Shown one piece after another: positions 1-13,320 of a stretch of 64,000 nt of DNA. How positions within the stretch are numbered: the stretch's first letter is position 1; every line of letters begins with the position of its first letter. The DNA lies in contig NC_057719.1 in assembly GCF_004010195.1 (NCBI RefSeq), positions 42,245,820 through 42,309,819 of the forward strand. Reading direction: 5' to 3'. The stretch is from Chiloscyllium plagiosum. Its lineage: Eukaryota. Made by a program: the position numbers and the translations under genes. The notes below the pieces were generated by a model that made no database searches, had not been told where the DNA came from, and saw only the letters and a list, made by a program, of their open reading frames with translations.

Positions 1-320
1 ACAAGCAACATGAATTTGGCTGGGACAACACTACCATTATAGGGCAAGCGAAACTATGAACAGCCAGGGAATTCCTAGAAGCTTGGCACTCATCCACAAA
101 CTCCATCAACAAACACATAGACCTGGACCCAATATACCGGCCACTACAGCGGACAGCTGAAACTGACAACCGGAAGCGGCAGGGACAGGCCACCATAAAT
201 GCCAGAGGAAACACCACAGAAGCGCATCACAGGAGGGTCCCACGCACTGAGGATGTCACCTAGACAGGGGACGAAACGTTTGCAACAAAAATTTCCAGCT
301 CGGCGAACAGAACCACAACC
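1..320 (+). mobile_element. Penelope-like element 3' end with minimal hammerhead-like motif (244-283)
   Basis: GIY-YIG C-terminal peptide 'HEFGWDNTTIIGQ...REFLEAWHS..SINKHIDLDPIY'; GCA-CTGAGGA-stem II-GAAACGTT-TGC. Confidence 0.8.
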
Positions 321-2409
321 ACTGTACCTTGTACCACTGTAGTCCTTTAGGGATACATGCACTGATAGTACTATTGGAAGGACAATTGCAAGATTCTGAG
401 CCAGTCATTCTAAAGCAGTGGCAGCGTAGTCTGAGGTCAGGTTGGTGTGCAGTTTGCAGGGGAACTCCAGAGTGTTGATGTTCCCATACATCTGCCCTTG
501 TCCTTCTAGATAGATCCTTTTAATTGCACCTTCAAAACCTTTGGCAAGTTCCTATAATGCATCTCGTACATACGTATTGTCAATGTGCCATTGATAAAGG
601 GGCAGAATGTTAAAGGTATTGGACAGGGTGTCAAAAAAAGTGAGTTTCTTGGGTGGTGTTGGGGCTGTACCCTGGTGGAGTGGATTCCTTCACACTCCTG
701 ACGTGTGCCTTGTAGACAATGGACAATCCTCCTTTAGCCCATCACCATCCTTTTGAGAGACATGGATCCTCTGTGTAGATAGTTTTTACTTGTGAAATAA
801 CTGAACAAATGCTGTATGTAATTCTCTCATGCCTTGCCACAAAATGCTCAAGTAAATGAGTCTCCACTGCTGACCAGATTTTTATTTACTTATTTCTGAG
901 CAACTATTTTTCTGAACAATAATTTAATAAGAAAGAAATTTGCTCAGCAGTTCTCCGCACATTTTAGCAGACATTAGCTTGCATTGTCTTTGATTTTAAA
1001 ATAAGTCACTTACCCTCACATTTATCTGCTTTTTAACTTGTACTTTTAAAAAATAAACTTATTTGCAAGAACTCGAGATTGGAAGTTCTTCATCTGGTTG
1101 GCGCTGGTAGTGCGCCAAGCTGTACTGAGCCTCAGCAACTGATTTACTGGAAATAAAATTAGACTGTGCTGCTATAATAGATTTCAGAAAGACTAAAATG
1201 CTAATTCCAGCAGAGCTGGTGCCAACATTAATGCCTAGTTCTTCACTGCTGCATAGCAAAGGTTTCAGCCAAATGCCACCAACTGTTTTCAACATACAAT
1301 AGAATCCATTTTTCCTTTTAGAAACTCGTACTTCAATGTTCTGCAGTAAATCACATGAAAACAAAGAGTGGAAAGCATTTTGTACTTTAATTGAACCTCA
1401 AAAAATTAGTGGGCAAACTTTTCAACTTTAGCACCGATGATTGTCTTGTCTTCAGTAATCCGAATGTGGTGAAACACAGCAGTTTGAGTTTTTGCTAATA
1501 AGTTCAGGCAAAGTGAACTTTGTGCTGCCATTGTTCTGTAAATGCTCATTCAAAAACTAGTATCAACATAGGATTAATAATCTGCTGTAGTTCTCCAGAT
1601 ATTTCTGTTTTCATACAGGATTAAAGTCAGTGCTGTTGTGAGAGGGAAATAATAGTTCTACGTTTTGAATAAGAAGAATTTCTCCCTTTCTTCTAACTAT
1701 CTGTATTTTCGTGACATTATTTTAATGGGTGCCCTTCTTCATTGCTGGAGGATTGCCAAACATGGATTGCTCTCTTAAGAGACTGCCAATTCCTCCAAAA
1801 GCTCCAGAGAAAAAGCTGCAAAATGACTAAAAGCATTTTTTGGACACCACTTTTGTTATTACCTGAGTCAACAAAATGCACAGGTCATTAATTCAGTGGA
1901 GATAATGCTGAGCTTTCCTCCTATCTTTCAAAAAAAAAAGCCCTGCATTTCTGGTCTTGGCCTCTTCAGAATGCAGAGCAGTCATCCCTCAACACTACCC
2001 CGTAGTGCTGGATTGTCAGGATGCTGACCCCTTTAACCACACTAGCTACTGGACCAGAGTGGGAAAATATCTCCACTGGTTGGAGTCGTACCTGGCACAT
2101 AGTTATGGTTGTTGACTGGTTTGAAACCTGAAAAGCTGTGTAAAAAGCTCTGATATGCTGAGTGTTCTATCTGGTGTTTGTAGGGGAGAAGATATTGAAG
2201 TAAAAGTTTAATGATGACCACAAAACATCCATTGTAAAAACTTATTTGATTCACTAATATCATCCTTTGGAAAGAAAATCTCCCATGATTACTTGGCCTG
2301 GTCTGTATTTGACTTGAGAACCATGGCATTATGGTTGACATGGCTTAGCAAGGCACTTAATATGAGTAACTAGGGATGGGCAATGAATGTTTATACCTGC
2401 AACAACAAA

Positions 2410-2716
2410 TCCCTACAGTATGGCAACAGGCCATTTAGCCTAACACGTCCACACTGGCCCTCAGACTATCCCACCCAGACCCATTCTCTGATCCTATTAC
2501 TTACATTTCCCCTGATTAATGCACCTAGCCTACACATCCCTGAACACTATGGGCAATTTAGCATAGCCAATTCACTTAATTTGCACATCTTTTGACCGCA
2601 GAAGGAAACCAGAGGAAACCCTCGCAGGCACAGGGTGAATGTGCAAAATCCTCACAGATATTCCAGCCTCTGAAGACTATAACCCAGGTCCATGATGCTG
2701 TGAGGGAGCAGTGCTG
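2410..2716 (-). mobile_element. HE1-like SINE
   Basis: Reverse-complement match to 11878-12188. Confidence 0.8.
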
Positions 2717-3341
2717 TCCAAAATTTAACATATGGTAGTGAAGGGAGCCCTTCTCAGCATCTTGTGACTGGGCTTCTCAAGTGGGTGTAATGTCTTTTTA
2801 AGAAAAACTTCAATTTAGAGATACAGATGGGGATTTTGGACTGTTTTAACAATTAGAATATTTTTATTATTCAATTGTGGGACATGGGCATCACTGGTCA
2901 GCATTTGTTGTCAGTCCTTAGGTTCTCTTGAGAAGGCAGTGGTGATGAGCTGCTTTTTTTGTGTGTTTGGGTCTAAGTACCACAGCAGCTCAATGAAGTG
3001 AGAATGAATGATGGTAAGGGAATGGAGAGATATTTCCAAGTGAGTGTGGCTTGGAGGGGAAGTTGTACAATGGGACAATCACCTACTGTTACCCTTGTCC
3101 TTCTCCATGGAGGTAGTAATGGGTTTGGAAGGTACTATCATATGGAGTTTTGGTGAATTTCTGTTGTGCACCTTGGAGTAGTTGTAGTAGTAGATGGCTA
3201 TAGTAGTATCAATGCGTGTGTACGTGGTGCTAATCAAATGGCTTGTCCTGATGGTGTCAAACATCAAATGTTGTTGAATCTGCACCCATCCAGCTAAATG
3301 AGTATTCAATCACACTCCTGACATGTGCCTTGTAGATGATG

Positions 3342-3551
3342 TTGAAACTTTATTGCTGGAACAGCACAGCAGGTCAGGCAGCATCCAGGGAACAGGAGAT
3401 TCGACGTTTCGGGCACAGGCCCTTCTTCCTGAAGAAGGGCCTGTGCCCGAAACGTCGAATCTCCTGTTCCCTGGATGCTGCCTGACCTGCTGTGCTGTTC
3501 CAGCAATAAAGTTTCAACTTTGATCTCCAGCATCTGCAGACCTCACTTTCT
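3342..3551. mobile_element. Fold-back (palindromic) non-autonomous Penelope-terminus insert with 14-bp TSD
   Basis: 88-bp perfect arms 3341-3428 / 3431-3518; TSD CCTTGTAGATGATG at 3328-3341 and 3552-3565. Confidence 0.9.
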
Positions 3552-3849
3552 CCTTGTAGATGATGGACAGGCTTTGTGAGCGTCAGGAAATGAGTTACTT
3601 GCTGCAGTATTTCTAACCTCTGACTTATTCTTGTAGCCGCTGTGTTTATATTGTTTATTCAGTTGAGTTTTATGGTCAATGCTAACACCCAGGATGTTGA
3701 TGGTGAGGAATTCAGTTGATGGTAATGCCATTGAATTTCAAGGGATGATGGTTAGATTGTCTCTTATGGGAGATGGTCATTGCTGGTCATTTGTGTGGCA
3801 TGAATGTTACTTGTCAACCCAAGCCTAGTGTGCAGATCTTGTTGCATTT

Positions 3850-4684
3850 TGGGCCAATATGTTGAGGAGTGGCAAATGGAGTTTAATTTAGATAGATGCA
3901 AAGTGCTGCATTTTGGAAAAGCAAATCTTAGCAGGACTTATATACTTAACGGTAAGGTCTGAGGGAGTGTTGCTAAACAAAGACCTTGGAGTGCAGGTTC
4001 ATAGTTCCTCTTTACTTGCGACTCCACTTTCAAGGATAGTGAAAGTGGTGCTTAGTATGCTTTCCTTTATTGGTCAGAGCATTGAGTATAAGAGTTAGGA
4101 GGTCATGTTAGAGCTGTACAGGACATTAGTTAGGCCACTTTTTGGAATATTGCATGCAATTCTGGTCTCCTTCCTATCAGAAGGATGTTGTGAAACTTGA
4201 AATGGTTCAGAAAAGATTTACAAGGATGTTGCCAGGGTTGCAGGATTTGAGCTAAAGGGAGAGGTTGAATAGGCTGGGGCTGTTTTCCCTGGAGTGTCAG
4301 AGGCTGAGGGGTGACCTTGTAGAGGTTTATAAAATCATGAGGGGGCATGGATAGGATAAATAGACAAAGTCTTTTCCCTGGATGAGGGAGTCCAGAACTA
4401 GAGGGCATAGGTTTAGGGTGAGAGGAGAAAGATATATAAAAGGGACCTTTTTCATGTGGAGGGTTTTGTGTGTGTGTGTGTGGGGAATGAGCTGCCAGAG
4501 GAAGTGGTGGAGGCTGGTACAACTACAGCCTTTTAAAAGGCATCTGGATAGGTACATTAATAGAAAGGGTTTGGAGGGATCTGGGCCAAGTGTTGGCAAA
4601 TGGGACGAGATTAGGATATGATATCCGGTCAGCATGGACAAGTTGGACCGAAGGGTCTGTTTCCATGCTGTACATCTCTGACTA
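3850..4684 (+). mobile_element. 5'-truncated CR1 LINE
   Basis: 'DLGVQVHSS', 'MLSFIGQSIEY', 'SRTRGHRFRVRGER'; tail. Confidence 0.9.
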
Positions 4685-7600
4685 TTTGAACATGGTTTGC
4701 TTAGTACCTGAAGAGTCGCAAATGGTGCTGAACATTGAGCAATCATTGAACATCCCTATTTCGGACTTTGAGAAGGAAGTCAATGAGGGAGCAGCTGAAG
4801 ATGGTTTGGCCGAAAACACTATCCTGAGGAACTCCTGCAGAGATGACCTGGAGCTGAGTTGACTGACCTCCAACAACTACAACCATCTTCTGTGTCAGGT
4901 ATGACTCCAATGACTAGAGAGTTTGCCCCCCACTGCTCCAATAGCTTGTACAGTTAATAGATTATTCCCCCAACAACCCATCACTACTGAGGAGGTTGAC
5001 GGATGACTGCTCTGCATTCTGAAAAGTCCTTTGATTGAAACTTGATCATATCTTCACTTTGTACTGTTGACCAGACATCCTCACTACTCCTCTCAGACTT
5101 CTGGACTATTGTGTTACAGACTGGCTTTTGAAGATGATACCAACATTTCAAGATATGGAACTTCCCAGGCCCCCTGATGCCTGCATTGCCACCTCTCTCA
5201 ATATCATTGCCATATGCTTTTGGTATCTGGTGCAAGATTGGCTGAGTTTAAAAGAAAAATTCCAGCCATAGTGCTTTTGGCCTGTAATTGTCAATATATG
5301 ACATACACGAGGCGTACAGAACAAAGAACCACTACCCTCCACCTCCCCCATGAACACATTCAAATGTCTCATAACTAAGGCTGCAACTACAATAGTGATT
5401 GTTTATCCAAACTTTTACATTGTGAGAAAAGTACTTCACAGCACTGAAACTTAGTTGGCACATCTTAAAAATCCTAAATAAGAAATGAACCCAATGATCT
5501 TTTTCTTGATGTAATAATCCTTTCCTTGTTCAATAATCCCAGGAAGGAAATAATTATTTAGTATGAGATTATTTTCTTCCTGGTTCTGTAATAGAGTTTT
5601 ATGACGAAAGTAGCTGCAGTAAGGCAATTTGTTCAACAGTATAAACTTACTGTTTCCAGATGGAATAGTAGGCCATTGACTGGATTAGTCCTTTAAAATT
5701 GACATTCTCCAATAGCCACAAATAACTCAGCTGCTGCATTCCAGAGATTCACTTCACCATCACAAAGTACAAGTACCCCCAGGGCTGTCTCTCTCTTGCC
5801 CACCCATCATTAAACCTCTGTTTGCTCACAACTGTTAGCTGTTCAACAAAGAAATGCACATTCCCTAAATATATTGAGCCACACTTGCTGTTGCCTTGCA
5901 GGACTAAGACAACAATGAGACCTGACCAGAAGAGGAGAGACAACAGTTGTCCATGCTTGATGGTGCTGCTAATCTACTGGTGTGCATTCTTGACTGATGC
6001 TATACCCAGCAGCAAAACTGAAAACCCAAAAGATCCTGGTAAATTCCTACTTAATCTGCCTCCTTGCATACCACTTGCACTCTCACCTTACAATCCCTTC
6101 CAGTGTGTAAATTGAAGTACAGACTGTTTGTTTTTTTTTAATTTAAAATATTCCTTCAACAGCCAACCTTGAGTATTCTCAATTTGAGATTATCAAGAAC
6201 TGAGAGTTGATCAGGCAGCTGCAGGAAAACATAATGTTCAGGAAGCAGAGTGATGAAGGTGAAACATTGTCCTTTCGTCTCATGTGTGCAGTCAACCATC
6301 TTAGTACTGGCTGAGGTTTTTTAGAGACAGGCAATAAGAGAGAATTATACATGGTGACTCATCAGACATGTATTACCCATAGTCAGACTGGACAGCAAGG
6401 GTAGCAAAATTACCAGACTGAAGTAATGAGCAGCTCAAACACAGGTTTTCAGTGGAATGATGCATGGGAAAGGGTGTATTCGAAGAACAGGCATGCATAA
6501 CAAATTCTTAGTATAGTGCTTGGCTCGCCAGAGAGGAGAGCCGCCTCTTCCATGTGAGGGGCAGCTTCAGACACAGTTAAACACGCCTCTGTTTGTGTTG
6601 CAACAGATGTCTCTGTTTGTGTTGCAACAGCACAGCCTGAGGTCATGAAATCACAATTTGCTGAAATGCAGGATCAGACTATTGACATCACAGCTGCAGT
6701 TCTCTGTTAAAGAGGGATTTCAGGCTCTTTCCACATTCCAGTTGTGTACTCAGCACTGCTCTGGGGGAGAACCAGGATCTCTCGTGCACTGTTTTCACGT
6801 GGGATGACAGTAAACGTCCTTTCACTAGTGTCCCTGTAGTTTCCTGTCTACAGCTACTCATGCTGGGATGATGCAGGTTTAAGTCAATCTTAGCTGCAAT
6901 CCCCTCCAGTGAGTTGGTAACCTTCAAGCTATATTATAGCTGTGGAGTGATGTACATACACACACGACTATCCCTACAAGTGGCCTTCTTGTTTGTGGGG
7001 CAATGTATTGCTTATCTTAACCTTGCTTTTTCTTTTTCCTCCCTCCTCTTGCTCACCAGCTCTGACATTATGCAGAGGAAGTCAAATCACATGACACCAG
7101 GTTATAATCCAACCGGTTTATTTGAAATCGCAGACGATTGGAGTGACATTTCTTTGACAGGTGCAGTGAGAGAGGGCACACCAACACAGATTTAATAGGC
7201 AGACAGATCAAAGGATCATACAATTGGTGTAATTGGAGTGAACAAACCTAAAATGGCTGATGGAAAACTCTGTTGGTAAGGGATCTTTTGAGATCCTCAA
7301 TACATCGAGATGTTGAGGAATATATACAAGACTCCTCCTCCATGTCTTCCAATCCTTTTCTTCCACAGGAAATGTCTCATCTCTATTTTGCTATTGCCAT
7401 CAAATGTACTAATGTTAATTATGTACCCCTCCCTTTTCTTTTTGGTGGTTTTTTGTTACCTCTCAATTTAAATGCAGGAGAAAATCTTATGCCATGTTCA
7501 ATAACGTAACCAGTCTAATGGAAATCATTGCTCTGTGAAACATGAGAACAAATGAAATGTCTTCATGTCAGGCTTGTAAAAGCAAGTTCCAGTCTAGGCA

Positions 7601-9814
7601 TTTCCTTAACATGTTTTTAAGCTGAATTTCATGTAATAGTTTGCAACCGCTTACAAAAATATGAAATAGAGAATCCAAAGATAACAACATTCTAAAGCTG
7701 CACTCTTCTCCTGGCTCTCAAGCCAATGGCACTGTGGATCTGGCGGACAAGAGTGGGGTATGAGCCAAAAAGCCTTTCTCTTCCAGCTAACGGCATGACC
7801 AGTTAATATAAAGTGAGCAACCACACCAGTTATCCTATTAGCCACTACTATTGCTATAGCAAGACTGGACTGTTATGACTCACTGGGTTGAGCACTGGAA
7901 ATCAAGCCCTGACATTATTTGAGCCATCACAACAGTTAAAGATTTTAGGAAGTCGGCTAAATTAAGGAATTTTGCTGTCCTTTAGAATCAGGTTAACCAG
8001 ATTTCTGTACTTAACAAAATGTACTACTTAGTACAAGCAAATAGACTCCAGCTACAGGTAAATAATTATGAAGTATTGGCATAGAATTCTACTAACCCCT
8101 TAAAATCCCATGGACAGATGGGAAGAAAGGTGCTATGGATGGTGAGAGAGCTTGCAAAGCACTTCAATGGTCTCTACTCACTCATGGGATGGCAGCATTT
8201 ATTGCCTGTCCCTAGTTGTCCTTGAGAAGGTGGTGGTGAGCTGCGTCCTTGAACCATGGTGGTCTATCTACTGTAGGTAGACCCAGAATGTTGTGGGGGT
8301 TAGGGTTGAAATTCAGGAATTTGATTAAGCCACATGAAGAAGCAGATATATTTCCAAGTCAGGGTGGCGAGCCTATTAGAGGGGAACTCACGGGTTAATG
8401 GTGTTCCCATATATCTGCTGCCCTTGCCCTCCTAGATGGAAGTGATTATGGATTTAGAAGGTACTGTCTAAGGATCTTTGGTGAATTTCTGCAGTGCATT
8501 TTCTGGATGAGATGCACTGCTGCTGTTGTGTGTTGGTGGTTAAAGGAATGGATTTTTGTGAACATGATGCCAATCAAATGGGCTACTTTGATCTGGATGG
8601 CGTCAAGCTTCTTGAGTGGTGTTGGAGCTGCATCCATCTTGGCAAATGCTTAGCTGATCAGAACACTGCTTCACTGTCTTCTCTTGATGCTTTCATTGAT
8701 TTGCAGGAGGTATAGAGTGGTTGGACCACAGTTGAAAACACCTGAGACTTAATTAAAAATCACAGCTTACAGCAACTGGAAGGAGAGCAAACTGGTTTTT
8801 GTCAGGCTTCGTGGTTTCAACTGCAGAGAACTGACACAGCTCCTGAGCTGGTGAAGATCTGATGACTTCTCATAGACCTATTCACAGCACCAATCTGTTC
8901 AGCTACCTCCGAACTAATCACACATTTATTGGAAGGTAAATGGCCTTTGCTGATAACTGGTCTGTAGACTAGTGACTAATGAGTTACTTGTTTTTGGTTG
9001 AATCTCTATTTTCCAGAGCTATTAGCTCCAGCTCTTTTTTTTTGTATTAGATTCCCTACAGTGTGGAAACAGGCCATTTGGCCCAACAAGTCCACACCAA
9101 CCCTCACAAGAGTCACCCATCCAGACCCATTTCCCTCTGACTATATGCAAACTACATTTCAACTACTGCTTGAATACCAACTGTGTAAATAATCCTGACA
9201 GACACAGGCAGTCGGGTTATTTTTAAAACTGCAGAAATCCTTGCAGTTTTGTGCCTTTTTTCCATTTCAGTCTACAGTTAACAATATGGAAAAATAAAAA
9301 TACAGACTTTACAGGACTCAGAATACAGCATCTTGAAACACATCTAGAATTGTTATGGTAGACAGGAGAGTATTTATTTCCAATGAGCTTCTGCAGGTAA
9401 ATAAGATTCTATTGTCTGAAAAATGATTTTTTTTTAGAAACAATTGTCGCCCTTACCAGTTCTGCTTTCAGTCTTACCTGTTCTATGCTGCCAAACACCT
9501 CTTTTTCTTGAGCAGAAATAGAAATTGCTGGAAAGCCTTAGCAATTCTGGCAGTATCCATGCAGAGAGATCTGAGTTAATGTTTTGGGTCCAGTGGCCCT
9601 TCTTCAGAACTGATGGGAGCTATGGACAGGTTGATATTTGTACAGAAAATGGGATGGAGCAGGGGGAAGGGAAGTTAAACCATAGTGGAGATTGTCTCTC
9701 TTTGGGGGTCTATCAGTTGGACAGACAGAGAAGTGGGTAAAAAGCCAGTTTGGGGAAATGAATAGCTGTACTTCTCTATGACTCTAATGGGGGCTATTAT
9801 CAGCAGATGATAAA

Positions 9815-10131
9815 ATAGAATGCCTACAGTGTGGAAACAGGCCACTTGGCCCAACAAGTCCACACTGAGCCTCTGAAGAGCATCCCACCCAAACTCACCC
9901 CTTCCCTGTAATTCCACACCTTCCATTGCTAATGCACCTAACCAATACATGGGCAATTTTAACATGACCAATCCACCTAATTTATACATCTGTGGACTTT
10001 GGGAGGAAACTGGAGCACCCAGTGGAAACCCACATGGACACAGGGTAAACATGCAAACTCCAAACAGACAGTTGCCCAAGGGTGGAATCAAACCTGGGAC
10101 CCTGGCACTAAACACTGAGCCACCATGCTAC
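9815..10131 (-). mobile_element. HE1-like SINE
   Basis: Reverse-complement match to 11878-12188. Confidence 0.82.
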
Positions 10132-11877
10132 CCCGACTATAGATTGTGTACGTTAATAGTCCATGTGATGACAAGGCCTGGTATGTAGGGGTTGGGATAA
10201 GGGCATGACCTCAAGCCCTAGAAATGCTGATGTGACATTGGTTGCCTCAATGTTTGCACCCCCACCCCCAACTTCATTCCAACCTATCTCCCTCTAAAAT
10301 TGATTAACTGCACTCTGTGCTATCAGATCCAACCCTGACTTTGTACTTAAGCCTCCTGATGAGGGTGGTGCTGCTGTTGTCTGGCAGACTCACCTCTACA
10401 ACACTCTGGCTGAGTGCCAGCTCAATACCTCCTATCTTCTCTCAGACCATGGAAGACTAGACTACTATGTCCACAGTAGTCATTCATCTGCTGATCTCCA
10501 CCCACTGACTCCAAGCTCATAGTTTTCAACCTCGCACAACTTGCTTTTACTACTTTCCCAAAATCCACAAACAGGACGGCCCTGAAAGAACCCTTGTTTT
10601 TCCTGCCCCTCAGAACTCACCTCTTCCTACCCTGATTTGGTTTTCTTCCTCTTCATGTCCAGTCCCTTCCCACTGACACCTGCAATTCCTCTGATGCCTT
10701 AGTTTCAGAATTTCCCGTTCACAGGCTCCAGCTGCATCCTCTTTCTTATGGACATGCAATTCACGTCCATCCCCGATCAGGATGGCTCAGGGCTCTCTGC
10801 TCCTTTCTTGAAAAGGGCCTGAACTATCTCCAAACACCCTCCTCCTCTTTTTTTTTTAACCCTTCTCATTTTCTTCATGTCAAAGGGGTGGCTATAGGTT
10901 CCTACGTGGGTTCCAGTTATGCCTGTCTCTTTGTGGGCTACATGGAACATCCTTTTGTTCCAGTCCTATTCTGGCCCCCATCACAACTGTTTCTTTCCCT
11001 CTGGGATATCAATGATATCATCGATGCTGCTTCCCCCTCTCATCTGGAATTAGAAATGGCTATCCATTTTGCTTCCAATTTTGATCAGGTCCATCTCTGA
11101 CACCTCCCTTCCCTTCCCTTCCCCAACATCTGTTTCCATTTCTGGGGATAGACTGACTACCAATGTCCACTACAAACCCACTGACTCCCTTAGTTACCTA
11201 GATTATACATCCTCACACTTTGCTTCCTGTAAAATCTCTATTCCATTTGCCCAGTTCTCTTATGATGCCAACTTCAACAAGGGAACATCCAAAATGTTCA
11301 CCTTCTTCCTCAACCAAGGAATCCCCAGCTGACAGGGCTCTCAGCCAGGTCTGACCCATTTCCAACACTTCAACCTTCACCTGCTTTCTTCCTTCCTACA
11401 TAAGTGATAGAATCCCCCAACATTCCACCAGCATCCACATCAAGAGGATCATTAGCTGCCATTTCTGTCAACAGCATTCCCCTCCCCTTTCTTGTCAACC
11501 TTCCACTGAGACTGCTCCCCCCAGGACGTCCTGGTCGATTCCTCCTTCAATCCAACAGCCTCATAGTACATACACCGTCCGTGACTGCAGGAGAAATATC
11601 TGGCAGTTTATATCCTCCCTCCTTAGTATCCAAGGCCCCAGTCACGCCTTCCAGATGAAGCAGTGCTTTACGTGCACTTCACTCAATCTATTCTACTGCA
11701 TTTGTTGCTCACAATGTGATCTCCTCTGTAGTGGGGAAATGAAACATAGACTGGGTGACCAATTCGCAGAATACATGTGTTCTGCCTGCAAAGAAACATC
11801 CTGAGTTTGCAGTGCCTGCCACTTCAACACACCACCCTGTTCCCTGGGCAACATCTGTCTCAGATTCCTGCAGATTG

Positions 11878-12188
11878 GTGGGCAGCACGGTGGCACAGTG
11901 GTTAGCACTTCTGCTTCACATCGCCAGAGACCTGGGTTCAATTCCCGCCTCAGGCGACTGACTGTGTGGAGTTTGCACATTCTCTCTGTGTCTGTGTGGA
12001 TTTCTCCCGGGTGCTCCGGTTTTCTCCCACAGTCCAAAAATGTGCAGGTTAGGTGAATTGGCTGAGCTAAATTGCCTGTAGTGTTAGGTGAAGGGGTAAA
12101 TGTAGGAGAACAGGATTGCCCTTTGGAGGGTCGGTGTGGATTTGTTGGGCCGAAGGGCCTGTTTCCACACTGTAACTAATCTAATCTA
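11878..12188 (+). mobile_element. tRNA-derived SINE (HE1-like), full length, inserted in a Penelope element
   Basis: A box TGGCACAGTGG, B box GGTTCAATTCC, central TGTGTGGAGTTTGCACATTCTC, CR1-like tail and (TAATC)n. Confidence 0.9.
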
Positions 12189-12395
12189 AAACTCAGCACA
12201 AGCCCTTTATTTTCCCCTTGGGCACTCTACTGCCTTCTGGATTTAATATCGAATTCATCAATTTTACAGCCTAAGGCCATGTCCTTACGCCAACACTACC
12301 CAAAACAACCCACTGTCAGCTTCTAATACCCCCATATTGCAGGTATTCATTGCCCTATACTCATTTAACCATTCCCTTTGTCTGTCCAACTCTCT

Positions 12396-12400
<5 letters not shown>

Positions 12401-12448
<48 letters not shown>
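12401..12448. repeat. (CT)n microsatellite
   Basis: Direct reading. Confidence 0.95.
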
Positions 12449-12451
<3 letters not shown>

Positions 12452-13194
12452 GGCTCTAACTCACCCCATGTTCTGTATAAAAACCAACCTTTCCCTAGCT
12501 GTCAGTTCTGAAGAAGGGTCACTCGAACTGAAAACATTAACTGATTTCTTTCTACAGATGCTGCAAGACCTGCTGAGATTTTCCAGCAATTTGTTTTTGC
12601 TTCTGATTTCCAGCAGTTCTTTCAGGTTTTTGTGGGTTGTTTGTTCAGTTATTTTTCTTTGCGCTCTCTAAATAGGCTTCACACTTCAGGCAGAAACATC
12701 TTCACCTCTCTCTGCAACCAATCCCCCAGCCTGAGCCTATATTACCACAATGAAATTCACAGGAAGTCAGTGTCACTGGGTCTATAACTCCTTTTCGTAA
12801 CATGACATTTGAACAAATGGATGAGGCTCAAACTTGTGAACCAGGGGCTTATGTTATTTTGCTGCAGGCACCATGACAATCATGGAAGACAACATTTACA
12901 TTGCATAGTCTGCAGTTTACAGTTGGTCATCTTTTGTCTGCTCCTTTTTTCCCATCAGGGCTTTCTCCCCCAAAAACTCCCTTTCTTCCAGAGAGGGTCC
13001 ACCCCATTGCTCACGCTGCCTTGCTTGGGCCCCTCCTTCATCATCGCCATCTGCTGCTGGAGGTTCTGTTACATTGCAGAGGCCCTCTGATTTAGGAATA
13101 TTTGAGTTATGAATACTTATTTACAAACGTGACCCTGTACATTTTAAAATTTTCAGATCTGACAGATGAATGCTTCTTGTACTCTTGCAACACC

Positions 13195-13320
13195 GCTACC
13201 TGACGAAGGAGCAGCACTCTGAAAGCTTGTGCCTCGGAATAAACCTGTTGGACTATATCCTAGTGTTGTGTATTTTTTTAATTTTGTCCACCCCAGTCTA
13301 ACACCGGCACCTCCACATCC
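13195..13320 (+). mobile_element. Penelope-like terminal repeat (second family) with hammerhead-like motif
   Basis: cctgacgaaggagcagcactctgaaagcttg...aataaacctgttggactat; same family as 23965-24085 and 62426-62593. Confidence 0.65.

Larger units (their letters stand above)
2860..4930 (-). mobile_element. Second LINE family 3' region (2860-3850 and 4685-4930), interrupted by the fold-back insert and a CR1
   Basis: RT-distal fragments 'INILGVSID', 'YKAHVRSVIEY'; 3' end shared with copies at 325-725, 8180-8645, 14140-14370, 25430-25740, 26310-26640, 45870-46120 and 59900-60090 (gctcaccaccaccttctcaag). Clade not determined. Confidence 0.65.
9505..12620 (+). mobile_element. Decayed Penelope-like retroelement (RT + GIY-YIG) with inverted terminal copies
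   Basis: Fragments 'KPPDEGGAAVVW', 'PKIHKQD', 'GVAIGSYVGSSYACLFVGY', 'HYKPTDS.SYLDYTSSH', 'YCICCSQCDLLCSGEMKHRLGDQFAE'; 9510-9612 is an inverted copy of 12495-12605. Confidence 0.85.

Noticed and set aside
3306..3533. Near-identical ORFs on both strands
   Set aside because: A consequence of the palindrome; no evidence of coding.
6585..6630. Short direct repeat (ctctgtttgtgttgcaacag x2) as a CRISPR-like array
   Set aside because: A simple two-copy tandem duplication in eukaryotic DNA; no spacers or cas genes.
11878..11960. tRNA gene
   Set aside because: The A/B boxes belong to the tRNA-derived SINE head; no cloverleaf.
12858..13095. Pro/Ser-rich frames as the missing FH1 exon
   Set aside because: No poly-proline runs, no FH2 lasso start and no suitable donor; the frames end in stops.
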